Shown here piece by piece: positions 25,620 to 38,635 of a DNA stretch of 64,000 nt. Position numbers and translations under genes: made by a program. The notes beneath the pieces are model-generated. The model ran no database searches and was not told the DNA's origin. It worked only from the letters and a program-made list of their open reading frames with translations. The stretch spans positions 257,052,001 through 257,116,000 of the forward strand of contig NC_067403.1 of the NCBI RefSeq assembly GCF_016432865.1. The letters are read 5' to 3'. The DNA comes from Antechinus flavipes (lineage: Eukaryota). Positions within the stretch are counted from its first letter, which is position 1, and each line of letters begins with the position of its first letter.

Positions 25620-26697
25620 GAGAAGAGAGGAATTTATGACCAAAGAACTAGAGAACATTATGAAAGGCAAAACGGACAAACTTTGAGTTTTGCCCAATAG
25701 AAATCAACAGAAACAAAATCAAAATTAAAAGGGAAGTACAAAGCTGGGAAAAAATCTTTACAGTCAGTATTTCTGATAAAGATCTCATTTCTAAAATATA
25801 AAAAGAACTATGTCAAATCTATGAGAATACAAGTCATTTCCCTGTTGATAAACGGTCAAAGGATATGAACGGACAAATTAAAGCCGTCTAGAGACAAATG
25901 AAAAAATGCTCTAAATCATGTTGGATCAGAGAAATGCAAATTAAAATGACTCTGAGGTACCACCTCACATCTCTCAGACTGGCTAAGACAGGAAAAGATG
26001 ATAAATGTTGGAGGGGATGTGGGAAACTGGGACACTGATGCATTGTTAGTGGAGTTGTGAAATGATCCAACCATTCCAAGAACAATCTGGAACTATGTCC
26101 AAAGGGTTATAAAACTGTGCATATCCTGTGACCCGGCAGAGCCATTATTGGGTTTGTATTCCAAGGAAATATTAAAGGAGGGAAAAGGACCCTCATGTGC
26201 AAAAATGTCTGTAGCGGCTCTTTTTGTGGTAGCAAAGAATTGGAAAATGAATGGATGCCCATCAAGGGGGGAATGGCCGAACAAGCCGTGGTACATGAAG
26301 GTGATGGAATATTATTGTATAAAAAATGATGGACAAGCTGATTGTAGAAAATCCTGGAAAAATTTACACAAACTGATGCTGAGAGAAACAAGCAGACCCA
26401 GGAATACATTGGACACGGTGACAGCAAGAACCTGCGATGATCTACTTTGAAAGGCTCGGTTCTGCTCAGTGGTTCAGGGATCCAAAGCAATCCCAATAGA
26501 CTCTGGACAGAAAATGCCATCTGCATGCAGAGAAAGATCTAAGGAGACTGAATGTAAATCAACACAGGCTATTCTCATTTCTTTGTTTTGTTTGTTTTTT
26601 TAAATCTCCCATGTTTTTGCCCTTTGTTCTGATTTTTCTCTCCCACCATGATTCATAAAGCAGTGTGTATTAAAAATAAATTAATTAATTAAAAAAG
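25620..26697 (+). mobile_element. 5'-truncated L1 (ORF2 C-terminus + 3' UTR)
   Basis: Translates to L1 ORF2 C-terminal motifs (KEILKEGKGPSCAKMSVAALFVVAKNWKMNGCPSRGEW). A-rich tail at ~26670-26697. Frameshifted. Confidence 0.85.
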
Positions 26698-27111
26698 AAG
26701 CCACAGCAGTTCTGAGCTAGATTTGCAAAGAAGTCATTTTGGTAGCTGCTTTTGCTTAATTGTGTGTCAAGAGATGTTGACAAAGAAGTAAATATAAATT
26801 CTAGACAAAATAAATCCACCATGTTAGAGGAAAGTAGTACCTCTCAAGCCAGAGCAATCAAGGAAGACCTCTTAGAGGAGGTGGCACTTTTTGAGCTCCA
26901 CTTGGAAAAGAGCTGGAGATTCCAAGAAGAAGAGAGGAGGAATAACAGCCTTCCAAGCACGGAGAAGACTTGGACAGACTCGGAAGTGGGAGATGGGATG
27001 TCATATGCAGAGAACACAGCAAACAGGTCAGTCCATCTAGAAGGTAAAATGCTCAAAGGGGAGTATTGTAATCAGCCTAACAAAATGGGGGAGTGGGAGT
27101 GAGTGTGGGGC

Positions 27112-28550
27112 GGACTTCTGGCCAAATGGCCGTCTGAACAGATCTGTTCCAGCAAAAACAAATCGCATCAGGCTGTAAATGATCCAGAAATGCCCTGAGA
27201 AGCTACAGTCAGTGACTACCCCACCCTCCAGAACTGCTCAGTCAGCCTGGAGTCCAGGGCAGCATAAAAGAGGGCCTCCGGTCAGCGCCAGCCAAGACAA
27301 GCGAGTCCGCCGTGATCCAGCTGGGCCAGAGATGGCTAGCCTGCGGGATTCTGTGTTCAGAGACAGCGGGGAAGAACCACAGGGGATTGAAAAGCCCCAG
27401 CGGGGACCTTGGATGCCCCACAGCAAGAGCTGGCGATCCAGATGTGATCAGGAGACCGCAGAGCTCGAGGTCCCCCGCGCTCCCTTCTGAGATGCCGTAG
27501 AGGGCCTCGAGACCGAGGAGCTCAACATGAAATCTGGGAGGGGCTCAACTGCAGGGGAATGACCCGCCAAGCAGGGCTGACCACGCTGCAAAAGCGGAGT
27601 GGGGAGGACGGTGCCGAGTTTGGCCCTGACATCAGCTGGACAGAGAGACATCGGAGAAAACACTGGGCAGCCCGAGATCTGCGCCAATTCACAGACGCCA
27701 CAGAAATCCAACCTGGTGGGAAAAAGGGGTGCCATGATCACAATCAGCAGAGATAAAGGAAAAGAGGGATTTTCCAGGAGGTCAACATGAACACCTAGAA
27801 GAAATAAAGAAAGGAAATCAAGACTTTTGAGGAAAGAAGAATTATCTCTGGGGAGAAAGTGATAATTACTCAAGAAATGGGGAAGATGTCAAAAGATAGC
27901 CAGGTACCTCAGTGGACAGAAAAAGACCTGGAGGTATCAGATCCAGATAGCTTTGTAACCCTAGATAAGTCACTCTGCCTCATCCCTCATCTGTAAAAAT
28001 GGGGGTACCATTAGCACCTACCTCCCAGGATGGTTTGTGAAGATAAAATAAGTTAATATTTGTAAGTGCTTTGCACACTAAAGAGCAACGTAAAAATGCT
28101 AAAAAGTGCAAAAAGGAAGAAATCGACTCCCCGAATAATCTACCCAAGAGAAACCAGACTCCATGAGTCAGCATAAAAATATTACAAGAAAATCAAAAGT
28201 TGGAAAACTAAAAGAAAATATGAGATATCTGATATCAAAAGAAATGAATTAGAACACGGTTCAAAGAGAGGTCACCGATGAATCACTGGACTCCCTGAAA
28301 CCAAAGATTTTTTTTTTTTTTTTACATCTGAACATTCCATTTCAAGAAATCATACGTGAAAACTCCCAGTTCTATTAAAATCAAAGGACAAAGGGAAAAC
28401 AGAAAGAATCTGTCAGTAGCTTCCCGAAAGAAATTCTAAAAAGAAAAGTTCCATATTGTAATGACCAAAGTCCAGAGCTTCCGTGTCAAAATAGAAACTG
28501 CAGGCAAGCAGACCGAAGAAACTTAAGTATCAATAAAGTAGACAAGACAA
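27112..28550 (+). mobile_element. Degenerate L1-like 5' UTR/ORF1 remnant interrupted by a MIR (~27880-28110)
   Basis: GGACTTCTGGCCAAATGGC start, A-rich ORF1-like segments. MIR core CTCATCTGTAAAAATGGG. Confidence 0.45.
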
Positions 28551-30439
28551 AGCGGTTGTTACTAGGCAAGATCTTAGAGCGTGGTATTTCTGCTGCAAAT
28601 CAGGTAGAAAAGTCCCATGTTCCTTTGGGTGCGAAGCAAGTGATGATACCTGTTCCTTAGTGTTCTTTCCACTGATGAAATCATATCAACTTCTCTTTTA
28701 CTTTTTAAATTCATTTAAAGTTTTTGAGTTCCAAATTCTCTCCTTCTTTCCTGCCTTTCCCTCAGTTATTAAGGAGGCAACAATATTTTATCCATTTTAT
28801 ATGTGAAGTTTTGCAAAACCTATTTCCATATTAACCGTCCTCTCGGTTGTCATAAAGTCCCAAGCTTAGTCCGATGGTCTAACATTAGAAACTGATAGGA
28901 TGGTTAATGCTGTGGCACCTTGACAAGAAGGAGCGGTTCCCAGGTGATTCTCACAGGGGCTGCCCCGAGTGGTTGGCGGAGGGCACCGGACTTGAGCCCT
29001 GCTCCGGGTCTCGGGCTCAGACTATCAGATCATCAGGTCTATGATGAATGTGAGTCACCCCTGACAGAAAGGAGACGGACCCAAGTCCAGAAGCAGACAT
29101 TCATTTTGGCCATTTGGTGGATTTGTTTTGCCTGCCTATGTTTATTTCCAAGAAAGGTTTGGCTTTTTTTTTTTTTTTTTCTCTCATGGTTTTTCACTAG
29201 AGGACAGGGAAGGGATTCACAATAATGATGTCAGAGAAAAGAGGACCACCACTGAGACCTTTAAAAAAAAATGCAGCGAAGAGAACAGAAGGGAGCACAG
29301 ACTGCAGGATAGTTTTGAAAAAAACATGAATTATTGAAAAACCGAGAGGTCTGAAGTAGAAACTCATGGTTTACATGTGATTCTCTTATGTGCTACTGAA
29401 TATGAAAATGCTTTTTTTGTGAATATGGTAAATAAGGAAACCTCTTCTTGAATTGAAATCTGGCCTCAGATACTTGCTAGCTGTGTGACTCTGGGCCAGT
29501 CACTTCACTCTGCCTCAGTTTCCTCATCTGTCAAATGGGCGGGAGAAGGAAATGGCAAACTCCAGTCTCCCTGCCAAGAAAATCCCCAGTGAGGTCATAA
29601 AGAGCCAGCCACCTGATACGACTAGAATTTCCACACCCAAGCTAGGAATCCAGAGGGAGCCCCAGACTTGGGAGTCTTTGTCCAGAACAGAACTCATTAT
29701 CTTTCCTTTTACGTCCACCCTTCCTCCCCCTTTCCCTTGGAGGCCCCACTGGGTCTGAGTCATCCAGGATGGCGTCTACCATTCCTCCCCGCCTTTATTC
29801 TCCTCCTCCCCTCTCCCAGCCAGGGACCGGTTGCTGCTGTTCCCCTCCCCCAACAGCTCCTTCACCCGTGTCCTCCTATGACCATCAGCCATTACTTCCC
29901 ACTTGATCTACGGCAATAGCCTCTTAATTGAGCTTCTTGCCACAAAAGCTGCTTATATTACCCTCCCACTCAGTAAACTATCTCGAGGTGGGCAGGCCTT
30001 CAGAGCGGGCCAGCAGCTAATTGCCGAGGCCAGGGGCCAGGGGTCAGGCACCTTGGAGCCTTGGCAAGGGGTGGGGGGGGGTGGGCAGGGGAGGCTGTCC
30101 CTGCCTGGTATGGGCACTGCCAGGGCTTGGTGGGACGCAGTCCGCCCTGAGGCCATAGCGATAGGAGAGGGACTTCCAGGCCACTGGTGCTTGATGTTCC
30201 CTGCCCATAATGGGCAACAGCAGCCCTGTCCAGGCCTTGGGGTGCTCCTGACCAGTCCATTATCATTCCTGGATAATGCCCACTCCCAGCAGCCCTCACG
30301 AGTCCTGGACCGGTGCTAGAAGCAGGGGCAGGTGGGTGCTCCCAGGGCAGCTGTGGGAGAAAGGCCTGGGGCACAGTCCAGCCCTCCAAGACCCAGAAGT
30401 CTGGGGGAATTCAGGAGGAGAGTGACCTGAGCCCAGCAG

Positions 30440-30762
30440 CAGGGGGAGCCCCTCAGACAGAGCCTACAGGGAGAGAGAGGCCCCAGAGAAGGGGGGTAAC
30501 GGGGACCCCAGGAGAGCCCAGTGCAGGGGGTGCCCCTCAGAGCCTACAGGGAGGAAGAGGCCCCAGAGAAGGGGGGTAACGGGGACCCCAGGAGAGCCCA
30601 GCGCAGGGGGAGCCCCTCAGAGCCCAAAGGGAGGAAGAGGCCCCAGAGAAGGGGGATAATGGGGACCCCAGGAGAACCCAGCGCAGGGGGAGCCCCTCAG
30701 AGCCCAAAGGGAGGAAGAGGCCCCAGAGAAGGGGGATAATGGGGACCCCAGGAGAGCCCAGC
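30440..30762. repeat. 80-bp minisatellite, 4 copies
   Basis: CCCCAGAGAAGGGGG recurs at 30481, 30561, 30641 and 30721. Confidence 0.95.
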
Positions 30763-31209
30763 TCCAGAGGCCCCAGACCAAGAGGTCCAGTCTGAAGGCT
30801 CAGCAGCACCCACCATTCAGTCAGGGAGTTTGCCCCAAGGGCAGCCTTCCCCCCCCAATGGAGGAAAAGAACGCCAGAAGAAACCCTGGTCTGAGAGGCA
30901 GCTGGGGAAAGCTACGTGGTGGTGGTGGGGGGGTGAGCATCAACCCTCCCGGGGTTCAGGGACAGCCTGGGAGGGCAAAAGCTGCTCTGATCCCGGGGCC
31001 AGAGGTGGGGAAGAAGCAAGGGACCCAGGCTGGGAGAGCTGGGAGAAAGGGGCCTTTGAGGGAAAGGGGCGGAGAAGGATGGCTCCAGGACTGGGTGTCC
31101 TCAAAAGTAGAACGGAGCGGACCCAAAGAGTATTCAAGAGGGAAACTGGGAGGGAAAGGAAGCTCATTAATCAAAGTAAGAGCGAAGGCCCTTTGCCGAG
31201 AGGAAGGGA

Positions 31210-31545
31210 GGGTGAGATGGGGGGATTGGAGAAGGGAGGAAGGAAGGAGGGAGAGGAGAGAAGGAGAAAGGAAGAAAGGGAGGGGAGGAAAGGGAAAGTA
31301 GGGGAGGGGAAGGAAGAGGGGAAGAGGAAGGAGAAGAGAAAGAAAGGGGGAAGGAGGAGAAAGGAAGTGGGGAAGAAAAGAGAAGGAGGGGAGGAAGGAG
31401 GGGAGGAGAGGAAAAGGAAGGAGGGAAATGGGAGGGGAGAAGGAAGGGATGCTGGGGAGGGGGACAAAGGAGGAGAAGGAAGGAGGTGGAAGGAGGGAAA
31501 GAAGGAAGGGGGAGGAAAGGAAAGGGGGGAGAGGAGGAAGTCTGG
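31210..31545. repeat. Polypurine (GGA/GAA) low-complexity tract
   Basis: Almost pure A/G. Confidence 0.9.
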
Positions 31546-31899
31546 GTCTGGAATGGCTTCTGTCCCCCTACATCTCCTAAACCCTCTCTCTCCCACTGTC
31601 CACAGCTGCTCTTCCAGACCCTCTCTTCCCTCCTCAAACCCCATCACCCAGGCACCTTCTGCCCTTCCTCCTTCACCCTCTGTCCCATGATGAGGTGGCC
31701 CCAGTCCTGACCCAGACAAGGCCCTCTGCCCGCTCCCCTCCAGCCACGGCCCCTCAGCCCTCATCTCCCTTTTCCCTCTCTCCCTCTCGTGTGGCTGCAA
31801 ACGTACCAGTCTCCTCCACCCTCACTGTCTGCCAGCCCCGCGCGCCCTCCCTCCCCGCTGGCCTCCGTCTCCCTTCTGCCCTGTGTACCCAGACTCCGA

Positions 31900-33185
31900 A
31901 GCCCATGGGGCCCCCCCTCCCCTTTCCTCCCGCTCTCTTGCTAAGGCTCCTGCCCTTCTCTCACCTAGACCATTCTCTCTGACATGACTGACGGTCTCCC
32001 GGCTGCTCATCCAATGGCCTCCTCTCCATCCTCGGGGTCCCTGACCTCTGTATACTTCCAGCCCCCTCCTTCCTCCCTTCTTTTCTGTTTTCTGCTCCCC
32101 CCCCTTTCTCCTACCTCTCTGACTGCACCTTCTCAGTCTCCTTTGGTGGCTCCTCTTCCAAACCCCAGCCTCTAACCCCAGGGGTCCCTGCGGGCTCTGT
32201 GCTGGGACCCTCCTCCCCTCCCTGTAGACCCTTCACTTGGGGATCTCAACAGCAGCGCCATGGGGGGGGGGGGTTTCACGGCCGTCTCCGTGCTGATGAT
32301 CGTCCTCCCGCCCCAGTCTCTTGGCCCACCTCCAATCGCATTCCTCCCACCGCTTCTCAGATGTCTCATAGTGGATTTCAGTGTTTTAAACTCTAGGTCC
32401 CAAACAGGACTCCTCTTTCCCCCTCACCTCCTCCCCAACTTCCCCAATGACTATTGAGGGCACCAGCCTCCTCCAGTCCCCGGGGCTCCCAGCCTGGATT
32501 CCTCATTATCTCAGCCCCCCAGTATCCAAACTCTTGCCCAAACTTGTCAACTTCACCTTTGCAGCATCTCTCCAGGACCCCCCTTTTCTCCCCACCCTCC
32601 ATCACCGGATCCCCAGATAATTGGATCTGCCCGCCTCAGTCTCTCCCCACTCTAGTCCATCCTTCATTCAGACACTAAAAAGATTTTCCTAAAACCCAAT
32701 TATATTGTCTGCTTACTCAATAAATTCTAGAAGCTTCCTATCCCCTCAAAGAGCAAATATAAAATATTCTATTTGGCATTCAAGGCTCCTTAGCCACCCT
32801 CCCAGCCTTCTGACACCTTGTTCCCCAATGGACCCTTCCATTCAGTAACACGGCCTCCTCCCTGTTCCACAAACAAAATCCTCCAGCTCTTAGCTCCCCG
32901 AGTTTTTACTGATCGGCCCCTTTACCTGGGATGTTCTCCCTCCTGTGTTCCTACTCCTGACCTCCCTGGTTTCTTTTAACTCCCAACTAAACTCCCCCCT
33001 GCTACAGGAAACCCTCCCCAACCTCTCAATTCTAGTGCCTTCTTCCTATGAATTATTTTCTATTTTTCCTATATATAATTTATATATGTAAGTATGTATG
33101 TATTGGTTTGAATATTGTCTCTCCTATTAGATTGTAAGCTCCTTAGTATACAGTAGGCACTTAATAAATGCTTATTGATTGATTT
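31900..33185 (+). mobile_element. L2 LINE 3' portion
   Basis: Ends with the L2 terminus TTAGATTGTAAGCTCC...TAGGCACTTAATAAATGCTTATTGATTGA. Confidence 0.7.
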
Positions 33186-33619
33186 AGTGGGATTGACAGC
33201 TGGTGAAGGAAGGATGCAAGCTTTGCTGTGCAGTAGTGAGTGCCCAATTGAGGCGGAAGAGCTCGATCCCCACAGCTGTGAGACTTCCTGCATTGAGGGT
33301 GCAGGACCCGAGAGGGCAGGTCGGGGCTTGGGTCTGGAAAAGGAAGAGCAGCAGTAGGACAAGGGCCCCTGAGTGGAGCCTCCTTCACCGACCGATGACC
33401 TAGAAAAGCTGATGATGCAGGACGCCACAGCAGGGAGGAGAGCAGGGGCAGGAGGAACTCTTGGCGGGCAACAGGGACAGCACTTAGGGAGCAGAGGAAG
33501 GAAGGATTTTCTGGGAACTGGCGTGTAGAGCACACACTCCACTGACCGAGGCGATGGAGACCCAAACTTCTCTGCTACCTTTGTTCCTAACACAAACCTT
33601 GTGAACATTGAAAAATACT

Positions 33620-34830
33620 TTTTTTAAAGCTCCCTTTTTGCAAACAAGATGATATATATCATATACTTAAAAAAATCTTAGCGAATCAACTAAAAACTAA
33701 TTGAAATAATTAACAACTTTAGCAGAGTTCCAGGGTATAAAACAAACCCACATAAATCATCAACATTTCTATATATTAACCAAGAAAACCCAGCAGCAAG
33801 AGATAGAAAGAGAAATTCCTTTTAAAATAATCGTAGACAGTGTCAAATATTGGGAGTGTACCTGCCAAGACAAACCCAGGAACTATATGAACACAATTAC
33901 AAAATATATCTCACACAAATAAACACAGACTTCATTTTGATTGGAAAAATAGTCATCACAGCCAACATAATTAAAAAATGACAATGCTATCTAAATTAAT
34001 TTGCTTAGTCAGTGCCATGCCCAGCAAATTGATAAAAATATTTTTATAGAGCTAGAAAAAATAATAAAATTTATCTGGAAAATCTAAGGAATCAAAAAGA
34101 AAAAAAAAAAAAAAGAGAGAGAGAGAGAAGGAAGGTAGCCTAGCAGTACCAGATCTTAAACTGTGTTACAAAGAGATAATTATCTGGTAGTGAGTAAGAA
34201 CTGGAATGTTGTATCAGTGGAAAACACAGTAGTGAATGACCATAGTAATCTAGTGTTTGATCAACCCAAAGATCCAAGTTTTGGGAACAAAGAAACCATT
34301 TCTTGATAAAAATTGCTGGGAAAACTGGGAAAGCAGTTTGACAGAGACTATGTAAGGAATAATAGCTTATATCATATATGAAAGTCAAAATAGGGACAAG
34401 GTTGAAACAAAGAATAATATCATAAGCAAACTAGGAGAGCATGAAAAATGATACCTGTCAGAACATCTGTCGTTCAAAAAATGAGCAAATGAGATAGAAT
34501 TAGGAATGTAAAATGGAGACTTTTGATGACATTAAGCTAATGTCATGAAAAGTTAAAAAGTTTTGTACAAACAAAACCAATGCAGCCAAGATTATTACAA
34601 GGAAAGCAAGAAACTTGGGAGAGGGGAAATTTTTAGCAACAAATTTCTCTAATAAAGGACCAATTTCTCAAATATAGAGAGAATTGAGTTGAATTTATGA
34701 GAATATAAATCATTTCTCAGTTGATAAACAGTCCAAGGAGATGAATGGGCAATTTTCAGAAGAAAAAATCAAAGCTTTCTATAGTCATATGAAAAGATGT
34801 TCTAAATCAGTATTATTAGAGAAATATAGT
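33620..34830 (+). mobile_element. Degenerate L1 ORF2 fragment
   Basis: A-rich, similar to 63243-64000 (AAACCCACATAAATCATCAACATTTCTATAT). Many stops. Confidence 0.75.
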
Positions 34831-35159
34831 AAAGCAACTTCCCTCGGGAAACAAAGAGAGAAAGGAGATAATAAATGTGAGGACTGAGAGTCTACTTCCT
34901 CTCTGGAGAAATCTGGCTTCCCTTGGAGCTGAACGCCGAGGAAACTTTGATTCTGGGAATAGACAAGAATGAGCCTTCCTGACTCCAGGCCAGAAACTCT
35001 TATCGACTGCCTCCAAATTCTATCTAAGATAACACCAATAGCAGCCAGAGTGTCTTGTGGGAAGATCTGTTGAAGCTAAAGTTTCCATATTACATTTCAA
35101 GTCATGATTCAAATTCCTTTCTGACAATATCTTCCTTTTTTTCCCAGTGGAAACAAGAG

Positions 35160-35545
35160 TTTTATTTTCTTTTCCTTCTTTTTTTATTAAAGCTTTTTAT
35201 TTCCAAAACAATTGCATAGATAATTTTCAACATTCACCCTTGCAAAACTCTGCTTTCCAGATTTTTTTCACTCCCTTCCCCCCCATCCCCTCCCCTACAC
35301 AGCAAGTCATCCAATATGTTAAACATGTGCAATTCTTCCAAACATATTTCCACAATGTTCATGCTGTCCAAGACAAATCAGATCAGAAAGGAAAAAAAAT
35401 GAGAAAGAAAACGAAATGCAAACAAGCAACAACAAAAAAGGAAAAATACTCTGTTGTGATCCCCCCTCGATCCCCACAGTCTCTCTCTAGATGCAGATGG
35501 CTCTCTCCATCACAAGACCATTGGAACCGGCCTGAATGTCGAAAT
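35160..35545 (-). mobile_element. L1 3' UTR fragment, antisense
   Basis: T-rich rc tail, then AAAGCTTTTTATTTCCAAAAC...CCCTTGCAAAA; same family as 36295-36870, 52505-52890 and 61423 onward. Confidence 0.75.
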
Positions 35546-36294
35546 GAGCCACGTCTGACGATATATTCTCAAAAAGCGTCATTCACTTCTCAAATCTACC
35601 CTTCTCTTTCAAAATTCTCTCCCATTGCCAACACTGATGAAAATATGAAAAATACTACCTATGCCCTGGTCATTGGCCAAGTCATTGTAACCCTTGGCAA
35701 AACTCCCCAGATTCTGCCTGGAAGCATTGTCTGGGCCCACATGAATTACCAGAAATGATTGATAGTCATTCTGTTGAACAAGTCTTGGGGAGTTCAGTCA
35801 AGTCTTAGGGACCTACCCTGGGGAAATAAACAGATTTCTTTATTGTTGTATCTTTACCTCATCTGGGCTCCAGAACTACCTCCTGAGATGAGATCATAGT
35901 TATTAGGTGTAACCCTTTGCAAGCCTTCAGGTGGAACAGAAAGTTCTTCCCAACTCCTAGCAGAAGGAACTCCATCCCTGCCCCGGGTGTTCACACCAGG
36001 TCTCCCCAATTAAATTGGAAGCTCCTGGAGGGCAGGGCCTCTTTGTCTTTCTGCCCTTTCTCAGTTACTCTTACCCTATCTGTTATATAGTAAGTGCTTA
36101 ATAAAGACTGGTTGCCATGCTCCCCGTAGTCTTGTTGCCTCCCGCTTCATGAGAGTTTCATTTTTGCTGATTTAGCTCCCCGTATTCTTGGATCCGTCTT
36201 TCCTTCTCCCTTTGGGCCACTTTTTTTCTAACCCATAACCTCCAGCTCTGTCCGTATCCCCTCAGCCTCTTCAGGCCTTTTTTCTTCACAGGGA

Positions 36295-36870
36295 AACTTA
36301 GTGGACGCCCATCAGCTGGGGAATGGCTGAATAAGTTATGGTTTATGAATGTTATGGAATATTATTGTTCTGTAAGAAACGACCAGCAGGAGGATTTCAG
36401 AGAGGCCTGGGGAGACCGACAGGAACTGATGCCGAGGGAAATGAGCGGGACCGGGAGATCACTGCACAGAGTGACAGCAAGATTAGGCGATGAGCAATGA
36501 TGTGGCTCTTTCCAACAATGAGGTGATTCTGGGCAATTCCACTAGACTTGTGATGGAGAGAGCTGCCCGCATCCAGAGAGCACTATGGGGATGGAGTGTG
36601 GCTCACAGCATTGTCTCTCTTTTTGTTCTTTGCTTCCATTTTCTTTTCTTTCTCATTTTGTTCCTCTTTGATTTTTCTTGTGCAGCAAGAGAAGCATAGA
36701 AATATATATGAATTGTACATGTTTAATGAACATATATTGGATTACTTGCCATATAAGGGGAGGGAATGAGGGGAGGGGGAAAAATTGGAACACAAGGTTT
36801 TGCAAGGGTCGGTGTTGGAAATTATCCATGCATCTGTTTTGAAAATAAAAAGCTTTAATTAAAAAAAATG
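36295..36870 (+). mobile_element. L1 3' end fragment, sense
   Basis: GCCCATCAGCTGGGGAATGGCTGAATAAG...GAAAATAAAAGCTTTAATTAAAAAAAA. Confidence 0.8.
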
Positions 36871-36939
36871 TTTTATTCCTTAAAGAAAGACTCCATTCCA
36901 CCTGCTCTGAGGTAACATGGGAGCAAGGGTCCCTGGGAA

Positions 36940-37790
36940 CAAGAACATTTAGACCGCTGCCGTTCCCTGCCTTAAATCCACCTTTGCGGTGATCTTGGGA
37001 CCAGAAAATCTTCCGCAGAGAGACAGGACAGAGTCTGAGCAATCCCCCACTGGAAATAACCCCCGCCTCCCCGCTCTGTCTAAGGGCCTCGATGATGGAG
37101 TCTGGGAGCACACTGGCCGGGAGGGGGCGCTTTCTGCAGCTTCCGAGCCCCGTGCCGCCTCTCTGTTTGCATCCTCTGACTTGATGGTTCCGAATTGCAG
37201 GAGAGGAGGAGGAGGGGGCCCAGGACGGGAGGGGAAAGCGCCGACCGGAGCGGGCCGGAGAGGGGGGGGGGGGGGGGCGGGGGGCGGGGCCGATCCGGGC
37301 GCGGCTGGCGCCTGCAGGGGGAAAGGCGGACTGATGGCGACTGCCGGCCCCGGACCCCCTGCAGCCAGTCTGGGGGGTCGGAGGGAAGGCACTAAGCCCC
37401 GTCCTTCTCTAGCTGAGGGGGGGGCAGTCGGGCCCTTCCCCTCCGCACCCAGACTTCTCGCGGGGGGGGGGCAGGAGGATTCTCTGACCCCCGGGGGGGG
37501 AGGCGCTTAATTTTAAGCTTAATTTCCTACACACGCAGTGGTGAAATCCCACGGGGTGACTGTTTGGCACGGGGAGGGCGACGGGAGGGGAACGGAGACA
37601 TTGGGGGGGGGTTAGGGAGGGCAAGGGGGGAGGGGCGTCTAAGAGAAGTGAGACTGAAAATGTGACGTTTAATAATTTGAGCCGTATTGCGGCCATTTCA
37701 TCCTCTTCCTTCGGAGAGCTCCGGGAAGGGTTAATAATCCAAGGGGCGCCCATGCTTGCAGTCGGAGCGCCCTCTTGTGGCGATCACTGG
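36940..37790. promoter_or_regulatory. Second CpG island with no assigned gene
   Basis: CpG-rich, GC boxes and G-runs (37260-37290), YY1-like GCGGCCATTTC at 37689-37699. Confidence 0.65.
37766..37782 (-). promoter_or_regulatory. CTCF-like motif, reverse orientation
   Basis: rc = CGCCACAAGAGGGCGCT, matching CCASYAGRGGGCRC closely. Confidence 0.55.
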
Positions 37791-38471
37791 GTACTGCAGC
37801 CTCTCAGGAAAGAGCTATGCACGACTCGGGCAGCCCTAGACCGGTCGCTTCAGGACAGCATCACCTGGTGGCCATCGCAGATATTGCACCCAGATAATTA
37901 AGCTTCTCTGGGTGTTTTTGTGGGTCTGTCTTGTTCCACTCTTCGTGATCCCATGCGGGGCTTTCTGGGTGAAGATACTGGAAAGATCTGCCATTTCTTT
38001 CTGAGGCTCATCTTACAGATGGGGAAACTGAGGCAAGCAGGGTTAAGGACCTTGCCCAGGGTCACCCAGCTAGTAAGTGTCTCAAGCTGGATTTGAACTC
38101 AGCTCTTAACTTCAGACCCTGCAACTTTGTCCACGTTGTCACCTAACTGCCCAAGTTCTGAAGTAGGGAGCAAAAACACTGTTATCCCATTTTACAGATG
38201 AAAAAGTAAAACAGAGTCAGAGATGGGGAATAACAGATCACACTGGGAAACTGGCATTCCTATTTACTCCCAGAGAACAGGGAGGAATCACTGGAGGAGG
38301 GGGGAGGGGAAGGGGGAAGAGCACTCCGGGGTCCTCCGGGCTCCCTTCCTGCCTCCTCTGGACCTAGGACCCAGCCCTTCGCTAGGCAAGATGGACAATA
38401 CAAGCACGCCCTCTGCAGAAATCCTCTCAGACCCAAGCCATCATATAAATCCATGAGTAATAGCACAAGCT

Positions 38472-38635
38472 GGGGCAGCTGGGTGGTCAAGTGGCTAGAG
38501 CACCAGCCCTGCAGTCAGGAGGACCTGAGTTCAAATCTGGCCTCAGACACTTAACACTTCCTGGCTGTGTGACCCTGGGCAAGTCACTTAACCCCAAGTG
38601 GCTCAGCAAAAACAATCAAACAAATAAATAATAAT
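38472..38635 (+). mobile_element. Marsupial tRNA-derived SINE (Mar1/WSINE type)
   Basis: GGGGCAGCTGGGTGG...GAGTTCAAATCTGGCCTCAGACACTTAACACTT...GTGACCCTGGGCAAGTCACTTAACCCC plus A-rich tail. Confidence 0.85.

Noticed and set aside
37664-37696. RhoA-like N-terminus MAAIRLKLLNV on the minus strand
   Set aside because: Similarity to MAAIRKKLVIV stops before the GDGACGKT P-loop; most likely coincidence around a YY1-type ATGGC motif.
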